Below are positions 11,396 through 22,148 of a DNA stretch of 64,000 nucleotides, piece after piece. Location: positions 1,280,001 through 1,344,000 of the forward strand of contig CAWFQB010000001.1 of the NCBI GenBank assembly GCA_963817895.1, written 5' to 3'. Each line of letters starts with the position of its first letter. Within the stretch, counting starts at the first letter, position 1. Origin of the DNA: an uncultured Chthonomonadaceae bacterium. GTDB lineage: Bacteria; Armatimonadota; Chthonomonadetes; Chthonomonadales; Chthonomonadaceae. The translations under genes were made by a program, and so were the position numbers. Under the pieces are notes generated by a model, which saw only the letters and a list, made by a program, of their open reading frames with translations, made no database searches and was not told where the DNA came from.

Positions 11396-11422
11396 CTGAC
11401 AGGAGGTTGAAATCAGAAGCGC

Positions 11423-12781
11423 ATGGCTGAATACGATGAAATAATGGAAGAACCGGGCGACCTGACGCTCATGCCGCAACCCCTGGCAGGCAAAGAGATA
11501 CTGCTCGGCGTCACGGGCAGCATTGCCGCGTATAAAGCCGCTGATTTGTGCAGCCGGTTGGGGAAGTTGGGCGCGAATGTGCATGTGGTTCTCACTGCCG
11601 CCGCTACGCAGTTCGTGGGCGCGGCCACGTTTCGCGCTCTGACTCGCAACCCGGTTGTAACGGATGTGTTCGAGGAACCAACCGCGAAACGGATTGCGCA
11701 TATTGATCTGGCGCAGTCTGCCGATTTGGTTCTGGTCGCGCCCGCAAGCGCGGACATTCTGGCCCGTATGGCGCATGGGCTTGCCGATGATATGCTTTCC
11801 ACCTGCCTGCTCGCCACGCCGTCCGCAACGCCCGTCCTCGTTGCCCCGGCCATGAACACCGTGATGTGGGAACACCCGGCGACCGTAGAAAACGCGCGAA
11901 TTCTGACGGAACGGGGCGTACAGTTTATCGCGCCCGGTTATGGCCTGCTCGCCTGTCAGGATGTAGGCGCGGGCAAACTGGCGGATGTAGAAGATATTGT
12001 TGCCGCTGTTCAGGCGCGTCTGGAAACAAAACTGGAAGTGTCCGAGTCCGTTAAGAAGACAAATGCGGAAGTGGAAACAAACGCGAAACCTGAAAGGAAA
12101 TGGATCGGAAAGCGCGTACTGATTACTGCGGGAGCCACCCGCGAACCACTTGACCCCGTCCGGTTTTTGTCCAATCGTTCCAGCGGCAAAATGGGCTACG
12201 CTATTGCCGAAGAAGCCGCAGCGCAGGGCGCGGACGTTACGCTTGTCAGCGGGTTTGCCACCGCCATTCCGCCTCCAGGCGTTTCTCTGGTCAAGGTAGA
12301 AACGGCGCAGGAGATGCTTACCGCCTGCCAATCCTATTTTGCGGATTGTGACGTGTTCATCGCGTCCGCCGCCGTCGCTGATTACACGCCAGAAACCGTC
12401 CACGCGCAGAAAATCAAAAAGCCGATGGCGGCGACAAACACTTCAACGCAAACAGAGGAAACAGACGGCGAAGAGACTGTTACCATCCGCTTGAAACGCA
12501 CTCCCGACATCGTAGCGACACTGGCGAAAAGCAAACAGCCGGGGCAAATCGTCGTCGGGTTCGCGGCGGAAACCGAACATCTGCTCGCCCACGCCCGCGC
12601 CAAATTGGAAACCAAGCGTCTTGACCTGATCGTCGCCAACGACATTACAATGGAAGGCGCGGGCTTTGAAAGCGACACCAATATCGTCACTCTGCTCTGG
12701 CCGGATGGACGCACGGAAACCCTGCCGCAAATGTCCAAGCGCGAAGTCGGGCGCGCGCTGCTGAATGTTCTGCTATGCTAA
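11423..12781 (+). CDS. coaBC: Phosphopantothenoylcysteine decarboxylase / phosphopantothenate-cysteine ligase
   Basis: GVTGSIAAYK, PAMN, ITAGATREPLDPVRFLSNRSSGKMG, AAVADY, GFAAET. Confidence 0.96.
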   Translation: MAEYDEIMEEPGDLTLMPQPLAGKEILLGVTGSIAAYKAADLCSRLGKLGANVHVVLTAAATQFVGAATFRALTRNPVVTDVFEEPTAKRIAHIDLAQSADLVLVAPASADILARMAHGLADDMLSTCLLATPSATPVLVAPAMNTVMWEHPATVENARILTERGVQFIAPGYGLLACQDVGAGKLADVEDIVAAVQARLETKLEVSESVKKTNAEVETNAKPERKWIGKRVLITAGATREPLDPVRFLSNRSSGKMGYAIAEEAAAQGADVTLVSGFATAIPPPGVSLVKVETAQEMLTACQSYFADCDVFIASAAVADYTPETVHAQKIKKPMAATNTSTQTEETDGEETVTIRLKRTPDIVATLAKSKQPGQIVVGFAAETEHLLAHARAKLETKRLDLIVANDITMEGAGFESDTNIVTLLWPDGRTETLPQMSKREVGRALLNVLLC

Positions 12782-13890
12782 ATCCCCAACTCCGCAAAAA
12801 CATGGACTGGCTGCTGCTGCTGCTGGCGTATCTGCTGGCAGGTATCGGCGTGGTGATGATTTTCAGCGCGACGCGGGGCGACGCCGCCGCTTTCCATCGA
12901 AAGCAGGTCATCTGGATCGCGCTCGGCACACTCGGCCTTGCGCTGACTTCCACCCTCGACTACCATCTGTACGCCCGTTTCGCCAGACACATCTACGGGT
13001 TCAATCTGCTTTTACTCCTGCTGGTGAAACTGAAAGGCTCGACGACCAATGGCGCGGCGCGGTGGATTAAAATCGGCGCGTTTCAATTGCAGCCTTCGGA
13101 GTTCGCCAAACTGTTCATCATTCTCACGCTGGGAGTCTGGCTGGCGCAGCGGAAGGATGAAATTAAGGATATTAAAACGCTCGGCCTGTCGTTTCTGTAT
13201 ATCAGCGTCCCAACGTACCTGATTTTGAAACAGCCGGATTTGGGAACCGCGCTCGTGGTGATTTCCATCTGGTTCGGCATGACCTATATGGCGGGCGCGA
13301 GATTGAAGCATCTTGCAGGGTTCGCGCTGGCGGGAGTGGCGCTGTTCAGCCTGATGCTGTGGACGGGCAAAATCAACAAGTATCAGGGCGACCGCCTGAC
13401 AACATTTTGGGCGCAATTTACAGGCAACGAGGACGCGGGCGCGAAAAAAGAGGGCTACCACGTCGTGCAGGCGCGCATCGCCATCGGTTCGGGCGGATTG
13501 TGGGGCAAAGGGTATCTGCGCAGCACACAGGTGCGCGGCGGCTACGTGCCTGAAAAACAGACCGACTTTATCTTTACGACGGTAGGGGAAGAGTGGGGGT
13601 TTGTGGGCGCGTTATCCCTCACGGCTTTGTACGGCCTGCTGCTGTGGCGCGGCACACAGATCATTGCGGCTGCCGATGAAGACATATTAGGCAAACTCAT
13701 CGCGACGGGCGTTGTCACCATGCTCACGTTTCACATCGTGGTCAACATCGGCATGAACATCGGCATTGTTCCGGTTGCGGGCGTCCCCCTGCCCCTCGTA
13801 TCATCAGGCGGCAGCAACATGCTGCTGACGCTGGCGGGCATCGGCCTGCTGCAAAGCGTCCTGCGTCATCGTCACCAACTGCTATTCTAA
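12775..13890 (+). CDS. rodA: Rod shape-determining protein RodA (SEDS family)
   Basis: GAARWI, QPSEFAK, QPDLGTA, AIGSGG, PEKQTDFIF, GEEWGFVG, plus multiple TM helices. Confidence 0.92.
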   Translation: MLNPQLRKNMDWLLLLLAYLLAGIGVVMIFSATRGDAAAFHRKQVIWIALGTLGLALTSTLDYHLYARFARHIYGFNLLLLLLVKLKGSTTNGAARWIKIGAFQLQPSEFAKLFIILTLGVWLAQRKDEIKDIKTLGLSFLYISVPTYLILKQPDLGTALVVISIWFGMTYMAGARLKHLAGFALAGVALFSLMLWTGKINKYQGDRLTTFWAQFTGNEDAGAKKEGYHVVQARIAIGSGGLWGKGYLRSTQVRGGYVPEKQTDFIFTTVGEEWGFVGALSLTALYGLLLWRGTQIIAAADEDILGKLIATGVVTMLTFHIVVNIGMNIGIVPVAGVPLPLVSSGGSNMLLTLAGIGLLQSVLRHRHQLLF

Positions 13891-13924
13891 ACTGTTTTTC
13901 AAATAGTGTGAAATCCTACACGGT

Positions 13925-14623
13925 ATGAAACGAAACTTCTCAGGCATTCATTTAAAAGAGGTCATGCGGCTGGTTCCGGCGGAAGTAACGACGCCGTGGC
14001 AGATTGAGGCCATGCCGCGCCCTCCGTCCGAGGCGCTGCAAACCCACTTGCGCCGTCTGGAAGCGTTTGATCTGCAAACGACGGAACAGGCCAAAACGCT
14101 GTTGATAGACGCGCTGTTTGCTGAAACCGTTTTCCCGCACCCTAAATTAAAAGTGTGGAAAGCGGCAACGCTCAACACAGATACGCTGACGGGAGTAGCC
14201 GATTACCTCATCGCTCCCAAACGCGCGTATCTGGAAACGCCCCTGTTGTGCGCTGTGGAAGCCAAACGCGATGATTTTGAACGGGGCCGGGCGCAATGTC
14301 TGGCGGAACTGGTGGCGTGTCGTGAAAACAACCGAAAAGAGGGACACGAGATAGACGTGTTCGGCATCGTCAGCAACGGGCAGGCGTGGCAATTCTATAA
14401 ACTCACGCCTGCGAACGAAGTGTACGAGACGCCGCTGTACTCCCTGCGCGAAATGAACGATCTATTAAACCAAGTTGCTACCTTGATTTCTCAATCTCGA
14501 AGGTTCCGGCGCAAAGTACCAATTTTGATATGTTGCTATCTCAAATACGGTTTAAGGTAGCAACTTGGGTTATTAGGAGTTTTAGACACCATCTGCGCGG
14601 CCTGCGCCAACGCAATTTCTTAG
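13925..14623 (+). CDS. Restriction-endonuclease-fold hypothetical protein (HsdR-N-like motif), C-terminus interrupted by a MITE
   Basis: GVADYLI ... VEAKRDDF ... AQCLAEL ... FGIVSNG..WQF. Removing the 14468-14570 insert plus one TATTA restores ...NDLLGVLDTICAACANAIS* (TAG 14621-14623). Confidence 0.7.
14468..14570. mobile_element. 103-bp MITE
   Basis: Terminal inverted repeats AACCAAGTTGCTACCTT / AAGGTAGCAACTTGGGT (16 of 17 match) flanked by direct repeats TATTA (14463-14467 and 14571-14575). Confidence 0.85.
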
Positions 14624-14639
14624 AAACTTATCTGTAAAA

Positions 14640-15888
14640 ATGATACGCGCAAACGACAAATTAGCCTGTGAGGGCGGCAGTCCCGTTCGTGACACTGTTG
14701 CGCGTCCGTGGCCCGCGTGGCCGATTTACGACGAGGCCGAGGAACGCGCCCTGCTTGCGACCCTGCATAGCGGCAAATGGTGGTACGGGGAGGGAACGGA
14801 GGGCAGAACCTTTGAGCGCGAGTTTGCCGCCTATCAGAGGGCGCGATACGGGGCCGTTTGCGCCAGTGGAACCGCCGCGCTGGAAATCGCCCTCCGCGCG
14901 CTGGAAATCGGCTGCGGCGACGAGGTAATAATCCCCGCCTACACGTTTATCGCCACTGCAAGCGCGATCCTGACTGTGGGCGCGACCCCGGTTTTTGCCG
15001 ACATTGACCCCGATACGCTTACGCTGGATGCGGATTTCGCCGCGTCCGTTCTCACGCCCCGAACGCGCGCCATTGTTCCCGTCCACGTCGCGGGACGGCC
15101 CGCCGATCTGGACGCCCTGCTTGCTCTCGCTCAATCTCACAACCTGCCGCTGATCGAGGACGCGGCGCAGGCGCACGGGGCAGCATGGCGCGGAACGCCG
15201 GTTGGGGCGATTGGCACAATCGGCACGTTCAGCTTTCAGTCCAGCAAAAATCTGAACGGCGGCGAGGGCGGCATTGTTGTCACCAATGATGCCGCGCTTG
15301 CCGACCGGGTTGGAAGCATTATCAATGTGGGCAGGAGTCAGATGGGAAGGGGGCGGTACGCGCACCCGGTTCATCCGGGCAACGCGCGATTGGGAGAATT
15401 CCAGTCTGCGGTTTTGCGCGCGCAGTTGACGCGCCTGCCCGCCCAGACCGCGCTGCGACAGGCAAATGCCGCCCGCCTGCGCGCGTTGCTTGCGGCCTGC
15501 GAGGGAGTTATATTGCCCTGTGACGATCCGCGCATCACGTCCCATGCGTATCACCTGTTTACGTTCCGCTGCCGGCCCGAACATTTCGGGCAACGGGGCG
15601 CGGCAGAAATCGCGCGGGCATTGCAGCGCGGAGGGCATTCCCTGCTCGCCCGGGTTACGCGCCGCTTTACGCGGAACCCCCATTTGCCAATTATGCCCCG
15701 CAACGGGTAAACTCATGTAGGGAGGGACGGCGGCGGATACTGTCTCTTATACCAACCTGAATCTTCCCCATTGCGAACAGGTCAGCCGGGATACGCTCTG
15801 GCTGCCGCAAACCCTGCTGTTGGGCGCGGATGCCGACATGGAAGATATTGCGGCGGCGATTGTTAAAATTCAGCAGGCGTGGCGGTAG
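14640..15888 (+). CDS. DegT/DnrJ/EryC1/StrS PLP aminotransferase (apparent frameshifts in the 3' part)
   Basis: SGTAALE, IEDAAQAHG, FSFQSSKNLNGGEGG. The C-terminus WLPQTLLLG...IVKIQQAWR* is in another frame and ends at 15888. Confidence 0.88.
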
Positions 15889-15978
15889 CTCCCTCTTTGC
15901 AAGCAAAATCAGTTTCGTTCGGAGAAAGGAATGTGGCCGCGCGCCGGCAGCAGATGCCGCGCCGAGTTACACGGCAGC

Positions 15979-17082
15979 ATGAATATTCTGCAAATTGTTT
16001 CGGCTTCGCGCACCGGGGGCGTGGAACGCCATGTGGTCGTTCTCAGCGAAATACTGCGCCAGCGCGGGCATAACGTGACTGGCGGTTTGTCCGCCCGGAG
16101 AGTGGCTGCCGGGGCAACTGCGCGAGGCCGGGCGTTCCCGTAGAAGAGGTCGTGATGCGCGGGCGGGAATCGTGCAAAATCGCTCGCCTGCTGCCGCAAA
16201 TCGCCCGTGACCACAACATTGACCTGATACATTCCCATCTCACGCGCGCCACCTATTTTGGTTTTCTTACCGGCAGGTTCGCGCATCTGCCGTTCGTATC
16301 TTCAGTTCACGTCATGACCCGCGATTTCGCGTACCGCCGCCTGTTTCGCAAGCCCGGCAGCCACATCATCACAGTTTCCGAATATTTGCGCGAAAGCCTG
16401 CTGCATCAGGGCGTTCCCGAAGCGCGCGTCCGCACCATCCACAACGGCACGGATTTCTGTTCCCCGGCCCGCCTGCGTCAGGACGTTCTCACCGTCCATT
16501 CCGAATGGAGCGTGCCGCAGGACGCGGAACTTATCGGCCTGTTCGCCCGCATGGAGGAGTTCAAGGGGCCGTTCGTGCTGACGCAGGCTGTGCGGCAAAT
16601 CGTGGAGGCCCGCCCCCGCGCGTATGTGTTTTTTGTCGGTCCCATCGAGCCGAACGTACAGCAGGAACTGTCGGAAATCGCCGATGCCGATGGCGTTGTG
16701 GATCGCCTGCGTTTTACGGGACAGCGCAATGACGTGCGGCGTCTGATGAGCGCGATGGACGTGGTTACGTTGCCGTCGCGCTACGAAGCCTGTAGTATGG
16801 CGATACTGGAAGCGATGGCACTGGGCAAGCCCGTTGTGGCAACTCGCGGCGGGAGGCAATCCCGAACTGATTGCCGACGGCGAAACCGGCCTGCTGATCG
16901 AGCGGACGCCGGACGCGCTGGCGCAGGCGGTTATCCGCCTGTTGTCCGATTCGCGCTGCCGCGCGCAAATGGGAGCGGCGGCGCATACCCGCGCCCAAAC
17001 CTCGTTTTCCGCCAGCGTGATGGTCAGCCAGATCGAAACCCTCTACCACGACCTGCATCAGGAGATGCTGGCTTTGCCGTAG
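15979..17082 (+). CDS. Glycosyltransferase family 4 (apparent frameshifts)
   Basis: MNILQIVS..GGVERH, TIHNG, PSRYEACSMAILEAMALGKPVV, GGNPELIADGETGLL, spread across frames. Confidence 0.88.
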
Positions 17083-17461
17083 CCACAACCCTCTTCGCTG
17101 TATCCTGCTTTACAAGTATCTACTCGAACGCTCTACAACGCTCTTCTTGAACTGCCCGCGCCTGTTTCCTGCCCCTATACACTTCGTCATACCTGCCGCT
17201 ATATAGATATGTGAATATCCCGGTAAAATTGTGGGAACATCCTGTCAAAATCTGGCGTCCATGCGTTTGACAGCGCATTTATGGAGCCGTTACTCTCCTC
17301 ATCTGTATCTTGCGCTGTTATTCACAGCAGGTTCGCGCCCGCGACTGAATTCTTCAATGTGGATAGTCTCTGTTTCTCCTGCTATATCGGGACGTTAAAA
17401 ATCAGTTCGCGCGTTCACCTGCGGTTTAGAAGTATCAGGTTTTCAGGAAGGAACCTCCGCC

Positions 17462-18772
17462 ATGTACGCGCGTTTGTCCGGTTGGGCGCTCTTTGTGAGC
17501 GCGTTTGTTTGTTGTCTGGGATTATCCACATCTGCCCGCGCGCAAGTCGGGACGCTTGCGGGAAGCGTTGTAGATCAGCAAACCGGCTCCGGCATCTCCG
17601 GAGCCACTGTTTCGTCGGGCAGTCGTCAGACGGTTACGGACGCGCAGGGACACTATACCCTGACGCAGGTGTCCCCGTCGGCTGCGAGCGTATCGGCTGC
17701 CGCTCCGCGCTACGATTCGAATTCCGTCGCCATCAACGTGACCAACTGGGTCACGGGGTCTGTGCCCACAATATCGCTGAAGCCGCAGCCGAACACCATT
17801 TTCTGGAACGGCAGCAACCGCTTTCTGGCGGGCAACAACTATGCCTGGTGGAACTACGGCACGGACTTCGGCACGGGCGGGTTCGGCAAGTACACCAACT
17901 TCAGCCAGATTTCCTCGGACTTCGCCACTATGAATCAGCAGCAGGTGAAAGTGGTACGCTGGTTTTTGTTCGCGGATGGCCGCTACTCGCCCGAATTCAG
18001 TTCGGCGGGCGCGGTGACGGGCCTTGACGGGCAGTTTTTTGCCGACATTGACACGGCCCTGCAAATCGCCCATAACAACCACGTCTATCTAATCTTCGAC
18101 CTGATAGACTTTCTGATGTGGACGAGTCCGCAAACCAGCGGAAGCGTGACGGGCGGTGGACACAGCGCTCTGGTCACGGATGCCTCGGTTCAGCAGAGTT
18201 ATCTGGACAACGCGCTCAAACCGCTGTTGCAGCATATCGCGGCCAGCCCGTACCGCGCGCAGGTGCTTGCCTATGACATTGTCAACGAGCCGGAATACGC
18301 CATCAACGAGATACGCGGCGGCGGCCTGCCGCTTGCGCAGGTGCAAACCTTCGTGCAGAACTGCGCGTCCTACATCCATCAGTATGGCGGCGGCGCGTAT
18401 GCCACGCTGGGTTCCGGCACTCCCTCATGGGTAGGGTACTGGAAGGGAATGGGTCTGGATTTCTACCAGATTCACTACTATCCCAACTTCGATCCCGCCG
18501 GACCGGGCAGTGGTCTGCCGACCTACGCCAGTCTGAATCTGGACAAGCCCTGCATCGTAGGGGAGTTCGCCACCAATGACAACTCCTACACGGTTGGCGA
18601 CACCACGCCCCTGAGCGCGCAATGGTATCTGGACACCATCTACAAGTACGGCTACGCCGGCGCGCTTGGCTGGAGTTACGAGTACATTGACAACGAGGGC
18701 AATTGGAACGCTTTCGCCCCCGTCTTCACCAACTGGGTGAACGGGCATAGCGCGATTGCGGGACAGAACTAG
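17462..18772 (+). CDS. Secreted clan GH-A (GH5-like) glycoside hydrolase with an N-terminal carboxypeptidase-regulatory-like domain
   Basis: Signal peptide, GSVVD..TG.GISGATV, acid/base motif IVNEP, QIHYY, nucleophile motif IVGEF. Confidence 0.8.
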   Translation: MYARLSGWALFVSAFVCCLGLSTSARAQVGTLAGSVVDQQTGSGISGATVSSGSRQTVTDAQGHYTLTQVSPSAASVSAAAPRYDSNSVAINVTNWVTGSVPTISLKPQPNTIFWNGSNRFLAGNNYAWWNYGTDFGTGGFGKYTNFSQISSDFATMNQQQVKVVRWFLFADGRYSPEFSSAGAVTGLDGQFFADIDTALQIAHNNHVYLIFDLIDFLMWTSPQTSGSVTGGGHSALVTDASVQQSYLDNALKPLLQHIAASPYRAQVLAYDIVNEPEYAINEIRGGGLPLAQVQTFVQNCASYIHQYGGGAYATLGSGTPSWVGYWKGMGLDFYQIHYYPNFDPAGPGSGLPTYASLNLDKPCIVGEFATNDNSYTVGDTTPLSAQWYLDTIYKYGYAGALGWSYEYIDNEGNWNAFAPVFTNWVNGHSAIAGQN

Positions 18773-18860
18773 CAGACAAGGAGAAGAGGAGAAGAGGAGA
18801 AGGGGAGAAAAATTCTGTTTAGCCTCTCCTTTTCTCCTTTTCTCCTTTTCTCCTTGTCTG
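18773..18860. repeat. Inverted octamer-array hairpin, GGAGAAGA ... TTTTCTCC, between convergent genes
   Basis: CAGACAAGGAGAAGAGGAGAAGAGGAGAAG versus TTTCTCCTTTTCTCCTTTTCTCCTTGTCTG. Confidence 0.75.
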
Positions 18861-19061
18861 TTCTTCCTCCTCTTCCCGTTCGGCAAACGCCATAAACGGC
18901 GGAAGGGAACGTCCCTGCGCCTCCAACTCCTCTTGTTCCGCTTTGAAGTCGGTAATGCGCCTATCCAGTCGCCGCGCGCTGCGAAAGGCCTGCCCCGCCG
19001 CGAACGCCAGCAGAAACACTCCCAAACACAAAAACATTAATTTGAACAATAGGCCAAACAT
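18819..19061 (-). CDS. Small single-pass membrane protein
   Basis: AAGGA RBS, MFGLLFKLMFLCLGVFLLAFAAG, then a charged tail. Confidence 0.6.
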   Translation of the reverse strand: MFGLLFKLMFLCLGVFLLAFAAGQAFRSARRLDRRITDFKAEQEELEAQGRSLPPFMAFAEREEEEEQTRRKGEKEKRRG

Positions 19062-19133
19062 ATCCGTAAATTCCTTTTGAGATTGCGAAACAGCGCATGG
19101 CGACCTACTTAGGTTATGGCATAATATAACCAA

Positions 19134-19198
19134 TCCGACACTTCTCGGAGGTGGAAGATATAGTCTTCGGAGAGGCCCTTTGCGGCCTCTCTTTGTTT
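19134..19198 (-). ncRNA. Candidate structured RNA immediately 3' of a DUF3800 gene
   Basis: Three adjacent hairpins: GAGAGGCC/GGCCTCTC (19170-19191), GAAGA/TCTTC (19154-19168) and TCCGA/TCGGA (19134-19149). Confidence 0.35.
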
Positions 19199-19775
19199 TT
19201 ATGGCAGCCATTTGCAGCCATAACCTTCAGTTCCTTTTACGCTGTGGCGGTAGTACTTACTTCCCGCTACGATAGCCTCAATTTTACCCCCGAAGTTTGT
19301 TGGCAAGGCACGTCCCTCTTTTCGCGCCAGCGCAGCATAGTAGCAGGGGCGTATCAGAAACTCAGCCAACTGCAAACCCGCGATGTTGTCAGTCTTCTGT
19401 TTTAACTTCAATTCACGGCTGCTCAAATTCGCGGCCAACTCGTCTGCAGCAACAAAGGCCGTCCCGCTCTGATGCAGGCTTTGATAGTGCTGTTTGAGTT
19501 CTCTGTCCTCTTTGCCTCCCCGCGCTTCCGCCAGAACATCACCGATACAGCCCTCTTGTCGCAGCCAATGAACATAACGTTCAAGCAGAGTCTCCATCCC
19601 GTAGTGGTAAGGATGGGCCGGATTAGAGTAACGCTCTCGTAATCCTGCTTTATCAATGACAACTTAAACCGATATAGCGTTCATTCTCATCGTCGGAAGA
19701 CTTGATGGTGGCATGTCCGACTTCATCGACATAAAGACGGCATACAGGTATACGAACCGAATGGGTGTTTGTCAT
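19199..19775 (-). pseudogene. DUF3800-family (RNase H-like) gene with an apparent internal deletion
   Basis: N-terminal RLYVDEVG...ERYIGLS (from ATG 19775) abuts, out of frame, VIDK...LLERY...AEARGGKEDREL...NIAGLQLAE...GYGCKWLP*. Confidence 0.7.
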
Positions 19776-19836
19776 TGTGGCAGCAATTGTCGAGGTTCAG
19801 CGGCGAGGTTGCGGGAATATTGGCTTTTTCGCGCTA

Positions 19837-22099
19837 TCAGCGAATTACGAACCAGGTGGAACTCTGCGGCTGTATCGTAACAGAAAGACGGACATTACTG
19901 CGCCGATCCAGCGAATACGCCTTTTCGGTTCCCTCTTCCTGACGAATATGCGCCTTCGATTGCAGACCTGTGTAGTAAAGGGGCAATTCCATATCCTGTG
20001 TCATGGTTTGCCCGGTCGGATTGTAGAAGACTGCCAGCCCTTTTTCCGGCAGGGCGGGATTTACGTGCAGAATACCGTCTATGTCCCGCGCGTCCGCCCG
20101 CCGCAGATGAATGACATCGCTTTCGAGAATGGCGCGATGCTGCTTGAACCATTGCACCCACTTCTGAACCAGCGCCTTTGTCTGCGGAGTATCGTACAGG
20201 CGGGGGCCGCGATAGCAAGCCTGAACGCCATATCCGAAATTGTTGGCGAGATGCTGCGCGTAGTCGGGAAGATGCGCCTGCAGCGGTTCGATAGTGGCTG
20301 CCGCGCCCCCGCCCTGATACTCGACGAGGGGCGTAAACATCCAGCCCATCGTCGGCGTCTTTTCCCAGGTTCCATCAAAGAGGTTCTGGCGGGCATGGAT
20401 ATGCTGCTCGGCGCGGGGCAGGGACCAGTTCGTTTCCCGATACCCCATTGCGCACTTGTTTGACCCCGCAAGGAAATACCAGTCCGGCACATTCAGGTAG
20501 ATGCCCCGCTCCCGACACCAATGATACAGCGCGGCAATCTGCTGAAACTGCGTCCACTGCGAGTCTTCCAATCCCTTATGCCCCGGATGGGTAGTGGAAG
20601 CGCACACGTCACCGGGATAGCTGCCATCGTGTTCCAGCAGGTCAAAGCCCGTTTGTTCCAGAAACGTTCGCAAATGCTGGAAATACGCAAGGCCCCACTT
20701 GCTGCCAAGACAGGGCGAACTGCCGAAAATCGCGCCGCCGATCTTTCCCGTCTTTGGATTGATTACATCGTCCTCGTCGCTGATATGGCGGCTCGCCAGC
20801 AGCGAGTACCCTCCAATTTGCACCTCTTTTTGATGCGCGTAGTCTGCCAGCGCCTTGAAGCGGGCGATATTGGCCGGGGAGGTGTCTTCCATGTTCAGGC
20901 CGCTGCCAAAACTCAGAATCACCATCTCGAACCCGACTTCCGCGCACTGGTCTATGGCGTTTCTGGCAACAGTGGGATCAACAGACGTGAGATGCAGCAT
21001 CAGCGGGTTTTCCGTTGCCCAGGGCGCAAGGGTTCGATAGAAGCGGCGCAGGATCAGCCCCCGCCGTTCCCGCTCCGTGCTGTCATAAACGAGTTCATAA
21101 GCGCGAAAAGTAGAGAAGGAGGCTTGCGGGGCAATGTCTATCGCGGGGCCGAGGGGCGGGCGGCATTCCAGCAGGCAGGGCGTTTTGAGTTCATAACTGA
21201 CCTGCGTGGTATAAGCCGTGTCCGGCATCCAGTAGGTGGTATGGTTGGAATTGTGCGGCGTGCCGCCGCCAAAGGCATAATCGCTGAGGACTTCGATAGG
21301 GGGTGATGCCCATTGATTGGCGGCGTCTACAATCGACTCCGCCTCAACTACGCCCAAAATCTCGGAAGTAAAGCGATCCAGTCGAACGGTTTTTGCGCTG
21401 TGGTTTTCAACCGTAAGCCATTTCGCCAGCGCAGGCAGGCCATCGTACATCTCGTAATGCGCGGCAACAGTAATACCGGTAAATTTGCCTTGTGGCGGGG
21501 CAAAGTGGAGAGTCAACGAAACGCCGGGAGGAGGCCACGCGCAATTTGCAGCCGCGTGGCGGGTACGCTTCCAACCGAAGGGAGCCTGCGTTGGCCCTGT
21601 CTCATAGCGGACAAAATGAAACGACGCGGGATCCGCCGTCATCGCTTCCAGCCATTCCGGGCGCAGATAGGCAAGGTCCGGCTGCCCTGCCAACCCGCCA
21701 ACGGCAACCGAAACCCCATCCAGTTGCAGCATGGCTTCCGGCTTGACCGCGCGCAGCAACGATTGCCCGGTCATCAGATTATCGAAGGCGACTGTTGCCA
21801 CATTCGGCTCGAATCCGAAATACGCGCCGGATTAATCCATTATCCAGAGTGATCTCTTTGCCGTCTGCGGAGCGTGACAGCCTCGTTTTCTGCTTCGGCG
21901 GATGTATCAGCCAGTCTGTTTGCATCGGTGTCTTTTCCCTTGCCAGAAGCGCATTGTCTATTGTCTCATTCCTATTCTCCTGATGCGGAGGCGTGGTTTC
22001 CCCCTGAAGAGAGTGAACGCCCTGAACCGCGCCTCTGCTTTTCGGAGTGAGCAGGCTTGTGGCGGCGCAACATCGCAGAAAATCCAGACGATTCATCAT
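19837..22099 (-). CDS. Alpha-galactosidase-like (GH36/GH27-related) hydrolase; apparent frameshift at ~21805
   Basis: ITLDNGLIRRVF joins ATVAFDNLMTG; VILSFGSG, LEHDGSYPG, MGYRETNWSLPR. Confidence 0.7.
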
Positions 22100-22148
22100 C
22101 AATGCGCTCACATTCTCTGAGGTATAGCGAACGGGTAGTTTGTGTTTG

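Noticed and set aside
17522..17530. Perfect DnaA box TTATCCACA
   Set aside because: Single copy inside a CDS signal-peptide region; no cluster.
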